From positions 1,803,554 to 1,867,553 of the forward strand of contig CM119266.1 of assembly GCA_051294375.1 (NCBI GenBank): a DNA stretch of 64,000 nucleotides, given 5' to 3'. The position numbers were made by a program, and so were the translations under genes. The notes under the pieces are model-generated. The model ran no database searches, was not told the DNA's origin, and saw only the letters and a list, made by a program, of their open reading frames with translations. Shown piece by piece: positions 40,890 through 54,300 of this stretch (its first letter is position 1; each line of letters begins with the position of its first letter). This DNA comes from Paraspadella gotoi. Taxonomy: Eukaryota > Animalia > Chaetognatha.

Positions 40890-41340
40890 GAAGAAAATGT
40901 CAGAGGAGAGAAAGAGAAGAAAATAAGAGGAAAAAAAAGGAGGACAGGAGGAAAGAAAAATATGAAGAAAATGTCAGTGGGAGATAGAAAAGAAAATAGA
41001 GGAAAGGAAAAAGGTGGAAGGAGGAAGAAATTGAAGAAAAATGTCGAGTAGAGAGAGAGGGGAAGAAAATAGAGGAACAGGAAAAAGGAGGAAGGAGGAA
41101 GCAAAAATTGAAGAAAAAATGTTCAGTGGGAAATAGAAAAGAAAATAGAGAAAGGAAAAAGGTGGAAAGGAGGAAAAAAATTGAAGAAAATTGTCATGCG
41201 AAGGATAGTACATAAAATAGAGGAACAGAAAACCGAGGGAAAGGAAAGGAAGAAAATTGAACGAAAATGGTCAGTGGAGAGAGAGGGAAAGAAAATAGAG
41301 GAAAGGAAAAAAAGGAGAAAAGGAGGAAGAAATTGAAGAA
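40890..41340 (+). repeat. ~70-bp purine-rich minisatellite (also 43520-43960 and 62880-63360)
   Basis: Unit GAAGAAAATGTCAG(T/A)GGAGA...GAAAATAGAGGAAAGGAAAAAGG(T/A)GGAAGGAGGAAGAAAATT. Confidence 0.88.
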
Positions 41341-41958
41341 GCGAGATCGTGAAATATTTGGACGGGGGAAGGAGAAAACGAAATATTGAAGAAAAGAGGA
41401 TAAAAGAGGAATAATAAAGATTGAAGGAGGAAGCTAAAGGAAAATTTAGTTGAAAGATTAAGTGATTTAAAGAAAAGAGTAAATCAGGTGATGGGAGAAA
41501 ATAGAAGAGGAAACAAATATTACGAGAGAGGAAAAACGAGGAAAGAAGAAAGAGGAACTAGAAAATAAAAAAAAGAAAGATGAGATCATAGAGATAAAGA
41601 TGAAAAAAAAAAAAAGCAAAAATTAAGCGAAATGGATCGAAGTTTTCTTCGTTGAAGTCGAAAGGTTGAACCTCGCGCTAAATCCGGATTTTTTGGAGAA
41701 GAATCCGCGTATCGCATTTAAAAATAATTCGATATTATCGGTCGGCACGAGGCCGCATGTAAAACGGGAAGGGCGGGGCGAGGCGACTGGGAGGGGGAAG
41801 CACGAGGTGGCTGCGCGGGGGGTGGGTGGTGGGGGTGGAAGAGAAGAAGCAGAAGAAGAAGAAGAAGAAGAAGAAGACAGAGGGAAAGTTTTAGAAAAGG
41901 AGTAGACCCGACCATGGCGAGAGAGCCGAGAGAGCGACAACTGTGTGTAAACGACCGA

Positions 41959-42007
<49 letters not shown>

Positions 42008-42012
42008 GAGAC

Positions 42013-42053
<41 letters not shown>

Positions 42054-42802
42054 TGACACCCCGAGCGGGAAAGGTGTGAAAACGTCGTTGTTGAGAAATA
42101 AATCAACCATGAGAGATATTCGATGGTGAAGAGAGAGAGAGAGAAGAGAGAAGAGAGACGAGAGAGAGAGAGAGAGAGAGAGACGTACGAGAGAGGAGAG
42201 AGAGAGGAGAGAGAGAGAAGAGAGAGCCAAAAAATGATTTGCTGAGTCGGTGTCAGTGCTCTGTATGTCTGTTCCTTCTTGTGTGTGATCGCAAATGGTT
42301 TATTTAGATTCTTAGACACAAAAACTGCTTCTTTTTTTAACTGTGAGACTGACTGCATGTCTTTTCACCTGCCGAATGAACTGCAAGTCTCTCCCTGTAA
42401 GACTGACTACTGCATTCCCATTGTGAAAATCAAATGACTGGCTGCTTGTCTCCCCCTTGAGACCCCGAGTCCTTTCGCTCCCTGTGAGTCTTGCTGAGAG
42501 GCAGTGAGAGGCAGTGAGGTTGTGAAGTCGTGAGCTCCGCGAAGTCCAGTCGTCCAGTCTCGCTTAAGGATTCGACTCGATAACCGCCCCGAGTCAAAGG
42601 GTCAGTTTTTTTCCTTTTTTTAGTGTTCGCTTTTGTTAATTCTGTGACGTTCCGCCCTCTGGTGGTTCGGGTTTCCCTAAATCTTTGGCCGCAAAAGCAA
42701 AGCTTACAACGGCATTTCAAATGCGGAGCTGAAAGCTGAAAAGAATTGTTATTACTTTCAACTGATTCAATATGATTGATATTTGATCGTTTCATTTTAG
42801 AA

Positions 42803-42836
<34 letters not shown>

Positions 42837-43083
42837 GTTCCTTACTCATAGCAAATTGATAATACTTTTAACATCATAGCCACTGTGTGCTTGCCTTCCA
42901 GCAGGCTGTTTTTGCAACACATATTTCCTCCTCTCGTATTGATAGTTCTCCATTTTTAAATACTAATTTAAAAAAAATTGAGCCGACATTTTATTTTTTA
43001 CACCTTGTTAGTTTAGTAACTATGTCTTGGGAGCATGTAAAACAATTATTACTTAATANNNNNNNNNNNNNNNNNNNNNNNNN

Positions 43084-44578
43084 CCCCTTCCTTCAAGGGT
43101 GTCGCTAATCTTCATGTCAAAATGCAGTTTCTATTCTAATTGTGGGCGCAAACACCAACTCATTTCTCAGGACAATAGGACAATTGGACAATAGGACAAT
43201 AGGATAAAAGTCTCGAATGCTTAGCCGGTCAGAATTTCGAATGTATATTATAAAGTTTTATATAAATCATTCAGACCGAACGCAAAATAATTACTTTTAC
43301 TATTAATATAAATAATTTTAAACGATATAACGGTTTCGTTTTGCACCACAAAACAAGATCCTCGTTTGTCATCGAGAGAATTTCGTTTCTCGGTTAAAAA
43401 AAAAAACAGACGAACAAAACAAAACAAAACAAAATAAAATAAAAAGAAATAAGAATTTGTTTCCTGACAGAAAAGTTGGTGAGGAATGGAGTTTTTTTAT
43501 CATCAACGGAGATTTGCTTGGAAGAAAATGTCAGCGGAGAGAGAGAGAAGAAAATAGAGGAAAGAAAAAAGGAGGAAGGAGGAAGAAAATTGAAGAAAAT
43601 GTCAGTGGGAGATAGAAAAGAAAATAGAGGAAAGGAAAAAGGTGGAAGGAGGAAGAANNNNNNNNNNNNNNNNNNNNNNNNNNNNNNNNNNNNNNNNNNN
43701 NNNNNNNNNNNNNNNNNNNNNNNNNNNNNNNNNNNNNNNNNNNNNNNNNNNNNNNNNNNNNNAGAGAGGGAAGAAAATAGAGGAAAGGAAAAAGGAGGAG
43801 GGGGAAGAAAATTAAAGAAAATGTCAGTGGGTGATAAGAGAGAAAATAGAGGAAAGGAAAAAGGAGGAAGGAGGAAGAAAATTGAAGAAAATGTCAGAGG
43901 AGAGAGAAGGAAGAAAATAGAAGAAAGAAAAAATGAGGAAGGAGGAAGAAAATTGAAGAAGAGACGTGAAATATTTGGAGGGGGAAGGAGAAAAGGAATA
44001 TTGAAGAAAAGAGGATTAAAAAAGGAATAATAAAAGATTGAAGGAGGAAGCTAAAAGGAAAATTTAGTTGAAAGGATTAAGGATTAAAGAAAAGAGTAAA
44101 TCAGGTAATGGGAGAAATAGAAGAGAAAAAATATTACGAGAGAGAAAAGAGGAAAGAAGAAGAGGAACTAGAACAATAAAAAAAGAAAGATGAGATCATA
44201 AGCAAGATAAACAGATGTATAAAAAGAAAGATAACTTAAGCAAAATGGATCGAAGTTTTTCTTCGTTGAAACAAAGGGTTGACTCGCGCGAATCGGATTT
44301 TGAGAGGATCGCGGTATCGCATTTAAAATATATCGATATATCGGGTCGGACGAGGCGCATGTAAAACGGTAGGGGAGGGGGGGGAGGGAAGGGGAAAGAC
44401 GGAGGTGGCTGCGGAGGGGGGTGGGGTGGCGTGGGAGAGAAAAGAAGAAGAGAGAAGAAGAAGAAGAAGAAGAACAGAGGGAAGAGTTTTAGAAAAGGAG
44501 AGACGCGACCGAATGCGCGAGAGGCGAGAGAGCGAAACTGTGTGTAAAACGACCGAGGGGAAGAGAGAAGAGAGAAGA

Positions 44579-44613
<35 letters not shown>

Positions 44614-44774
44614 CAAGAGGAGAGAGACGAGAGAGAGAAGAGAGAGTGAGGAGAGAGAGTGACCCCGAGAGCGGGGAAAGGTGTGGAAAACGTCGTTGTT
44701 GAGAAAATAATCAACCATGGAGAGATATTCGATGTGGTGAAGAGAGAGAGAGAAAGGAGCAGAAGAAGATGAGT

Positions 44775-44824
<50 letters not shown>

Positions 44825-45548
44825 GAGAAGAGTAAGTAGAGACTGTGTGAGACTGACGGTGCATGCTCTTTCACTGCGAATGAACTGCAAGTCTCTCCCT
44901 GTAAGACTGACTACTGCATTCCCATTGTGAAAATCAAATGACTGGCTGCTTGTCTCCCCCTGAGACCCCTGAGTCCTTTCGTCCCTGTAGTCTGTGAGAG
45001 GCAGTGAGAGCGCAGTGAGGTTGTGAGTCGTGAGGCTCCCCGAGTCAGTCGTCCGTCTCGCTTAAAGATTCGTACTCGAACGCCCGAGTCAAAGGGTCAG
45101 TTTTTTTCCTTTTTTAGTGTTCCTGTTGTTAATTCTTGACGTTCGCGCCCTCTGTGGTTCGGGTTCCTAAACTCTTTGGCCGCAAACAAAGTTACACGGA
45201 TTTCAAATGGGAGTGAAAGTGAAAAGATTTGTTATTACTTTAACTGATTCAATATGATTGATATTTGATCATTTGCATTATTTAGATAAATATATATATA
45301 TATAAATATATAATATAATATATAATATATAAAAATATGTTCACTAGTAGCAAATTGATAATACTTTACATCATAAGCGGCACGGTGTGCTTGCCTTCCA
45401 GCAGCTGTTTTTGCAACATTTCTCCTCTCGTATTTGATAGTCTCTATTTTAAACTCATTGTAATAAAAAATTGAGCCGAACATTTTAATTTTTTACTTGA
45501 TTAGTTAGTAATAATGTCTTGGGAGCATGTAAAAAAAATATTATTAAT
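43084..45548 (+). repeat. Copy B (tandem, starts after an N gap)
   Basis: CCCTTCCTTCAAGGGTGTC..GCTAA(A)TCTTC through ATGTCTTGGGAGCATGTAAAA matches 40375-43058. Confidence 0.9.
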
Positions 45549-48500
45549 ATATTTCAAGGTTTAGTGAAGCAACAGGCTATTGCCAGATCCTTGTTCTTTT
45601 CCAATTTTTTTTCAATGCTGAAAATTTTTAATTTTCTATAGAGTGTTGTAACTAGAAAAACTATTAAATAAAAATGGCTCTCATTGTGGTTGTAAAAAAG
45701 CTTTTGACTTTCTGATTGCTCAGGCACATACTCCAATGGCTATATCTGTAAGATGAACTAAATTTTTTTAACATTTCATTATTTTTATAAAAATATATCT
45801 TATAACAAGAAGGTCCTTTTCAAATGCAAAACAATTTTTTTTTAAAAATTTGATCCTGGGAGTTCAAAAATAAAAAACGTCAGTGATTTTTTTTACCATA
45901 GTGCAAAATCTAAAGTTTTTATAACAAATTATTTAGCCCCACATTTCACTCCCATTTGAAATCCGAGTATATATGTTTGGGTAATTGGTTACGTTTATGA
46001 TAAATGCGATGTAAATGACGAGAACGTGTTGAGCCGGAAAAATAGAATGGAATAAAGATATATTGAGAGAGAGAGAGAGCGTGGCGTCATCTTTGTCAAG
46101 AAAAAAAAATTATCTGTTATTTGAATTTTTAAATTTCGATTAGCGAAGCGAAGATATTTAGCGACGATGACGAAGATGATGATTATGATGAAGATGAAAA
46201 TTATTGTGACGATAATGACGATGATGACAATGATGAGGCTGACAATGATAATTGCGATGACGACGACGATGACGACGACCCCGCGTTTTCCGTTTTTCCT
46301 CTCCTCCCGATTTAGAATCCATCTTCTTCTCTCTCCGTCTCTAATCCCGACGCGAAAAATTATCACCGAACCATCACCGATTTATCACCGGAGGTATCAT
46401 CGCAATTTCTTATCACCGAAGATTTCACGATCGCATTATTCACGTTTTTTCGCTTCGCCCCCAACCCGTCTCCACTCTCCACCCCCCTTCCAAAAAAAAA
46501 AAAGACTCGTTCGTCAAATCAAAGGCGCGAAATTTTTTACTCCGTTTCATTTCTCCCGTTTTTTATTTTCCCACATTTTTTTTATTATTCTTTTTTTATT
46601 TAACCTATTCCTTATTTTTTTAAACTTTTTTAGTTTTTTCTTTTTTGGTTCTTCCGTATTTTGTTTTTTAACTGTTTTTCCTTTTGTCACCTTTCCATTT
46701 TCTTTGTCATCTTTTTCTTCCCTTTTCCCCCCTATTATTAGTTGCGCCGCGATTACTCGCTTTTACGATTTTACACTTTTCGGTCCGTCGGTCGATCCGT
46801 AGGTCGGTCGGTATGTCTGTCCGTCGGTCTGTCCCACTTACCTTAAAAAATGCATATAAATTCTGCGCTATAGTTGGTTGCTCCTTATTGTTCCAGAAGC
46901 CAGAAGAAAAACCTCAATCTAAGGATCGAACTGCTAGACGCCGCCTTTAGGCAAATCATGAAACTAAAAAAGAAAATAAAAGACGAAATTTTTTGGATAA
47001 CAGTGCATTGTCATAAATAATAAGGACTAATTGAAAGCTTATTTTAGTAATTGAGTAGACTCATGTATAATAGAGCATAGATTAGCAGTATCGAAAGAAA
47101 TGATTCAAGAGATAGAGAGCAGATTCACGGTGAGAGCGGCGCAAAACAACGATTTGATATTACGGCGTTCTTCCGTTTTTTTACTTTGTGTTTTTTTCTT
47201 TTTCTTTTCAATATACACAGGCGAAGAAATAGATAAAATTAAACAGAAGACGAAAAGAGGAGAGAGGAAGAAATTACGCGTTGGAACGAACTCCGAAATA
47301 AGGGTGATTATTAAGAGAACAACAATTTGTGGGGGGAAAAAAAAGTTAAGGAGGAAGCAAAAAAGGGAAAAACAAGAACGGTAATTCCAATGTGGTTGCG
47401 CCGCAGTGACTGCCTTATCACGTGTATTTCTCGTGACATAACATGACTACCATTACTACAATAACTTTCTTAGTCTATATTTATGACATGCACTGGCATC
47501 CAAATTTCCTTTTTATTTCTTTTTAGTTTTATGATTTCCTAAAGGCGGGCGCTAGCAGTCCCTTGATTTGAGGTTTTTTTCTGTCTGAACAAAAAGAGCA
47601 ACCAAGCCAACTATAGCCAAATTATATGCATTTTAAGGTAAGTGGGACAGACCGCACGGACAGACATACCGACCGACCTACGGATCGACCGACGGACCGA
47701 AAAGTGTAAAATCGTAAAAGCGGAGTAATCGCGCGCGCCAACTAATTAATAGGGGGGAAAAGGGAAGAAAAGATGACAAAGAAAATGGAAAGGTGACAAA
47801 AGGAAAACAGTTAAAAACAAAATACGGAAGAACCAAAAAAAAAACTAAAAAAGTTTAAAAAAATAAGGAATAGGTTAAATAAAAAAAATAATAAAAAATG
47901 TGGGAAATAAAAAACGGGAGAAATGAAACGGAGTAAAAAATTCGCGCCTTTGATTTTGACGAACGAGTCTTTTTTTTTTTTGGAAGGGGGGTGGAGAGTG
48001 GAGACGGGTTGGGGGCAAAGCGAAAAAAACGTGAATAATGCGATCGTGAATCTTCGGTGATAAAAATTGCATGATACCTCCGGTTGATAAATCGGTGATG
48101 GTTCGGTGATAATTTTTCGCGTCGGATAGAGACGGAGAGAGAAGAAGATGGATTCTAAATCGGGAGGAGAGGAAAACGGAAAACCGGGGTCGTCGTCATC
48201 GTCGTCGTCATCGCAATTATCATGTCAGCCTCATCATTGTCATCATCGTCATTATCGTCACAATAATTTTCATCACTTCATCATAATCATCATCTTCGTC
48301 ATCGTCGCTAAATATCTTCGCTTCGCTAATCGAAATTTAAAATTCAAATAACAGATAATTTTTTTTTCTTGACAAAGATGACGCCACGCTCTCTCTCCTC
48401 TCTCAATATATCTTTATTCCATTCTATTTTTCCGGCTCAACACGTTCTCGTCATTTACATCGCATTTATCATAAACGTAACCAATTACCCAAACATATAT

Positions 48501-49264
48501 ACTCGGATTTCAAATGGGAGTGAAATGTGGGGCTAAATATTTTTTATAAAAACTTTAGATTTTGCACTATGGTAAAAAATATCACTGACGTTTTTTATTT
48601 TTGAACTCCCAGGATCAAATTTTTAAAAAAAATTGTTTTGCATTTGAAAAGGACCTTCTTGTTATAAGATATATTTTTATAAAAATAATGAAATGTTAAA
48701 AAAATTTAGTTCATCTTACAGATATAGCCATTGGAGTATGTGCCTGAGCAATCAGAAAGTCAAAAGCTTTTTTTACAACCACAATGAGAGCCATTTTTAT
48801 TTAAATAGTTTTTCTAGTTAAAACTTATAGAAAAAATAAAAATTTCAGCATTGAAAAAAAATTGGAAAAGAACAAGGATCTGGCAATAGCCTGTTGCTTC
48901 ACTAAACCTTGAAATATATTAATAATAATTTTTTTACATGCTCCCAAGACATTATTACTAACTAATCAAAGGTAAAAAAATTAAAATGTCGGCTCAATTT
49001 TTTTTTTACAATGAGTATAAAATAGAACTATCAAATACGAGAGGAGAACATGTTGCAAAAACAGCTGCTGGAAGGCAAGCACACCAGTGGTTATGATGTA
49101 AAGTATTATCAATTGCTATATAGGAACATTTTATTTTATATATATATAAATTATATTATATAATATATTATATATATATATATAATATTTTCTAAATAAT
49201 AGAATAGATTGCAATTATTTCATTTGCCACTCAATATTGAAGTCAGTATAGTTTAATGCAGAGT
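45235..49264. repeat. Large inverted duplication (arms ~45235-47200 and ~47340-49264)
   Basis: For example, TCAAGGTTTAGTGAAGCAACAGGCTATTGCCAGATCC (~45554) is the reverse complement of GGATCTGGCAATAGCCTGTTGCTTCACTAAACCTTGA (~48876). Collinear throughout; the right arm ends at an N gap. Confidence 0.93.
47370..47750 (+). mobile_element. HINE-like element copy (mirror copy on - strand at 46738-~47170)
   Basis: AACAAGAACGGTAATTCCAATGTGGTTGCGCCGCAGTGAC, GCTAGCAGTCC core, GACAGAC/GACCGAC tract, and a 3' end resembling GCGGCGCAACTAA. Confidence 0.72.
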
Positions 49265-49365
49265 NNNNNNNNNNNNNNNNNNNNNNNNNCACATAATTTC
49301 AGTTTGTTTTTCTCTTTGGCTTCCTTTTCTTAAACATTGCGTTCTGGTCTTTGTAAGAACAAGAA

Positions 49366-49467
<102 letters not shown>

Positions 49468-49554
49468 CTCTCTCTTCGAGAAGACGGGAATATTCTCCTG
49501 TCGCCCCCTCGAGACTCTCGAGGTCTGGCGTCCCTCAGCTTTTTCCTCGATTTC

Positions 49555-49750
49555 GTCGTCTTCTTCGTCTTCTTCGTCTTCATCTTAGTCTTCTTCGTCT
49601 TCGTCTTTGTCTTCTTCGTCTTCGTCTTCGTCTTTGTCTTCTTCGTCTTTGTCTTCTTCGTCTTCGTCTTTGTCTTCTTCGTCTTCGTCTTCGTCTTCTT
49701 CGTCTTCTTCGTCTTCTTCGTCTTCTTCGTCTTCGTCTTTATCTTCTTCG
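49555..49750 (+). repeat. Compound (TCT/TCG)n trinucleotide tract
   Basis: TCTTCGTCTTCTTCG... repeats. Confidence 0.93.
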
Positions 49751-50301
49751 ACCTCTTTGTCGTCGTTTCTGTTTGTTTTTTTTTGTTTCTTTCTTTGGGT
49801 TTTTCATTGTCGTCTTCTTTGTGATTACGTCATTGTCTCCTTCGTCATTGTAACAATTTTATCGTGGTCCTTACCGAGTTATTTTTTGTCGTCGTTATTG
49901 TCGTCGTCGTCGTCGTCGTGACTGTCATCATTCAACGATCGTGTTTTCGTTCGGGTTCCCGGTTCGAATCCTCGACTTTCCTTTTTTTTCTCTTTCCCTT
50001 TTCCTCTCTCTATCAATCCATTTTTTATTTTTTGCCTTCCGTATCATCTAAATTTTTCTGTCTCTTAATATTTTACTATTCATAATTTCCGTTATTCCCT
50101 TTCCCCTTTATCCCGTTCTTTAATACATCCCGTCTCCTTTTGTCCCCGTTCTTCTTCCCGCCTCCCGTCTTCTCCTTTTCCCTTCCTCCTTCCCGCTTCC
50201 CCGGGAAGACCGGTGCGGTCGCCAAAAACCCCCCTGGACCGCGCGTCGCTGCCGCTCCGCGGACGGGCCACAATATGGAGCGAGGGAAGAAGAGAGAGAG
50301 A

Positions 50302-50347
<46 letters not shown>

Positions 50348-51787
50348 GAGAGAGAGAGAGAGAGAGAGAAGGACGAGCAGAAACTAAACGAGAGAAACTT
50401 GGGTTTTTCGACAAGAATATCTGGAGGTCTCCGTCGTATTATAAGCCGTCACGGCGGTCAGAGTTCTATAGCAGCAAGGAAGGGCGTACGTACGAGACGC
50501 AAGTAGGTGGAGGCAAACGGCGAGGAGTGAGAAGTCGGGCAGAGACGGACGGCGAGCTGCTTGATCGTATGAAAAGTACGTACAGAATCGAAGAGTATTG
50601 GGACCGTGTCACGAATCGCGTGTAGGAATGGAACGCCGGGATATTAAGGGCGAGAGCCCTGCGAAATACTCACATAATTTCTTAGAATCCTCTCACCATT
50701 TATTAAATAGTCTGAGCCCATTCATTTAGCTTTCTGAACACATTTTGGGTATGAAGAGTCAGAGAATGGTAAGAGCAGAAAGTACACATACAGATGGAGA
50801 GCGTAAAGAGACGTTGGTAATTTGGTGTTATAGAGAGCTGATTGAAGGAAGAGGTAATCTTGAAGATTGAGAAGCAGAAGTCCGGCCACTATAATCCGCC
50901 GAAGAAGGCAATGTGAACCACGGATAACTTCCTGTCTCCGACAGTCGGCACGCCCTGATCGCGCCTTATCTGTATGTCCAAAACCGCAATTGTGCCGGAG
51001 GTTTTCGCTCGATTGGACTTTGGTACAGAACGTGAGTCGCCGGTCGCATTTATATAAAATTTATTATGGAGATGAATAGTCGCGTAAAGGTTTTTATAAA
51101 TGAAACCACGGGGAAATTAACAATATAATATGGAAAGCGTCAACGCAAGCTATAAATCCCACGCATCAGGATATCCACGACGCCCCTCGAGGCCGTGACC
51201 ATGGTTGAAGGCATCGGTGGGAGGTAGAGAGAGTGAGATCGGTCGAGAGCACTGAAAAGTGACGTGATGATCAACAATCATCTAGACTGAGCGAACTGTG
51301 TATAACTATTATAAAGCATCAGTTATATATATACTGTCGGCCTTAAACAAAATACCTACTTTCGAATGGATGGAACCTTGATTGCGGCGTCTTGGGTGAC
51401 GCAAAAACCGCGTTAGCTTCGTCTTCGGAAGATGCGCTCCGCCTTTTTCAAAGGCCCGTGTACTCATACTTTGGCGAAACGTTGAGATCTACAGCTGTGA
51501 GGTGTAGGCCGGCGGTCTGAACGCCAAACTTAGCCTGGCAGATTATAATCTGAGTATTTTATAATATCATAAACTCATCAGTTTCGAAAGAATTTTGACA
51601 AAAAGAGGATGATAAAAACATTTAATCCCAACAAATACTTTGTAGCAATTTATAGAGCAAAAGGACCTATGGTACTATCCTTTTTGTACTTAATGATAAA
51701 TGAAATTGTTGATACCGCACTCCTCGTGCGATGTGTAAATTGATAAACGTGACAATCTAAGACTATGAAACATTAGTGCAAAAGGTA

Positions 51788-54300
51788 TTAGTTGTCCGTC
51801 TTGAGGCCATCTAGAGGAACGACAAGCCGATTATTGAGGCGCTCATAGACGCCTGAGCCAGGGCGCTATGTCCTTCGATCCTCGATCCACGGTTGAGCCT
51901 CGCAGGGGTGCAATCACGTTGAGCGGAAAACTCTTCGCGGACGCCCTGCCCCCATTGTATTAATTCCTCAGCGAAGAAAGTTCCTGTAAGAAAGTGCTTT
52001 ACTCTCTAGGGTCAAATTTTGATCGTTGATGGTTAGCCGACTACAGATTTTTGTCTGTGTGTTAGGATCGGTTATTACCCGCGCCTCACTACCTTGGGAG
52101 ATCTTCTGCGACGAATGAGCTTGGTTTGTGACCTCCGTAGGACTATTTATGATTTGCTCGGTCACCATGGTCGACTTTACCGAATCCTGGTCCGGGCTCA
52201 CTTAACATGCCTGCTTCTTATCCTGTCGCATTGCCGCTCGCCATGCGACGCGGACTCAGGCCATAAGTTCAAATTGGGCATAAATCAACTGGGATATAAA
52301 AGTAGATCAATAGAAGCCAAGGGGCGGTAGAGGATACAGCAATAGGTCGAGGACGGGGTAAGACACGCTGAAGAGATAGATAATGTTGGAGACTACTGGT
52401 GTTTCTACGATGTGGGTCAGATAGCAAATGTGATAATAAATAGTTGTCTAAAAGGAATAATGTAATGAGAAGCCTAAATCGATACCTCTAAAGTGAATTC
52501 GTGAAATGAGAGATGAAAATGACACAGGAACGATGATCTCTATAAGTAAGACTGGAGATAAGCTGCGGCAGACGTGTCAGGACTTCGAGAGAAAGTTCAA
52601 ATTTGTCTTGGGTCAAATAATACGTGTACTAATTTATACTTCAAAAGTTTTACGAGAACTTCGTTATTCAGTCCATATTTAAATTATGTAATCTTGGTCA
52701 TATAGCCTGTTCAACAAATAGTTCTCATAACTTAAAATAACAATAATAAATTTCAAATACTCCATCATTTTCAAAAAAAATTAAAACAGACAGAAAAGAA
52801 ATTATATGAATAACATTACTTAATGAGAACTTAGTCAACTTTAATGACCCATAAATCAAACAAATATTGCTCACCTGTCTTGACCTATTTCATCTTTCAA
52901 CGGCATTATCGCGATGATATAGAAGAGAATAAGGGGGCCACGATATTGAGACAAGGCTATCCTGTTTTTTTATTGCACTTTTTGATTTCCGCGCCCTTTC
53001 GTAATTACAACTGTGAATAATAATCTCGCCAAATCCTCATCAATGCACATGATCGTACCGCAACCATCCGAAGCGGAATTCCTGACTGCATGTTCCTATA
53101 AATATATCACTCTGCTCGTTCGTCATTAAAGTTTGATTATTGCAAGAACGTGGACTAGGACATCGAATAGCTGAATCATTCTTCACCAACCTAATCGAAA
53201 AAAAAATAAATTTATAGGAGGATAAATAATTTAGGCGGCACAAGAAAGAATCTCAACCTGTAAAAGCCATGCAATTCCTTATTCGCATTTTTCAGAGACT
53301 TAATGACCAAAAAACCATGTACCCTTTGTAGTCAGACGAAGGAATATGACGCTTGTTCGTGATTCACTCAGTTCGCTAACAAGATTGTGATGCGCTGTGG
53401 CAAACACTTCTCAGTTCGTTTCTTTTGAATGGATTTTGGCAAATGGTTTTCTTTAACAAAAAGAAAAAGAAATAAAAATAGGCGATTAAACTCATTTCAC
53501 ACGTGTTTTCTCATATATCTCAACAGCCTCACGTATACAAACGAGCCACCAATCGTGAATCTGCGGGCAATTGTGATGTTAGTTTCTTACCTTGCGTCAC
53601 CCACACATTAAAACCGTTGTCATCGTGCGTCGTCATCATCGTCTGAAATAATATTACGAGTTTCGCTTTAGAAAGCAACCGTGTTTTGTCGGTTTTCGCG
53701 GGGCGGTGTAGCTTCTTAACGCTGTTTTTGAAACGCTCGACTTCTTCTAGAGAGGCCGGCTGTTGCGAAGATGATAAAAAAAAATAACTGCAAAAGTTTG
53801 AAATGTTTAAACCATTTGTCATAGATGAATTCACGCCTGAGGCGATCTATGTTGGCACCAGTTTTTACCTTTCAATTGCTTAGTCTCTGGTCCCTCTCCG
53901 CTCCAGAAACTTTGTTGGAGAAACTTGGTCGCAAGGCAGGGCCTTCCGCAAAGTCGTGTCCTACCAAGCCGCTCGATCTCGTCCTCGTTGCGCCAAGTCG
54001 CGCGCGCGCGGGTTCGTCGACAAACGCTCGTCATTTCTCAGCAGCTCCGTGCTTCCCTATTTTCCAAACAGCAGCACTGATGAATGTCTCAGATATATAC
54101 CACGGACATATCCTGAGCTGAATATAAATAATAGAGTCCTGGCTTGATCCGTCTTTCTGAAAGAGCGTCCTTTGCACAGATGTACAGGAATATTCTTACG
54201 ACGGTCAGTACGATAACTCTCACTTCGGCGACGGTCGCTGCGATTAGAATAGGGGGACAAGTTTGCTGAGATGGTTCAAGTCGCCTCCGCTTGGACGTAG
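51788..54300 (-). CDS. Probable Rad21/Rec8-family kleisin (indel-corrupted, approximate span)
   Basis: N-terminal IAAT (54244-54233), NIP..C about 13 codons later, and LYSAQ..RGI (54136-54095) resemble IWLAAT...N..C...SLYLSAQL..G. A low-complexity linker ORF (52201-51968) leads to a C-terminal RASAKSF...IA.C..Q.IE...VYE segment resembling the kleisin winged helix. Confidence 0.45.

Larger units (their letters stand above)
39180..43058 (+). repeat. Segment present in three copies: copy A
   Basis: 40375-43058 is repeated in tandem at 43084-45548; 39180-~41990 is repeated at 61248-64000. Confidence 0.9.

Noticed and set aside
47200-47340. Sequencing adapter at the centre of the inverted repeat
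   Set aside because: No recognisable adapter sequence could be read, so the artefact interpretation remains inference.
49555-49750. Acidic D/E-rich coding tract on the minus strand
   Set aside because: A pure trinucleotide repeat embedded among other microsatellites, with no supporting exon structure.
49950-49976. Perfect B-box GGTTCGAATCC suggesting a tRNA gene
   Set aside because: No properly spaced A box or cloverleaf upstream; at most a tRNA or SINE fragment.
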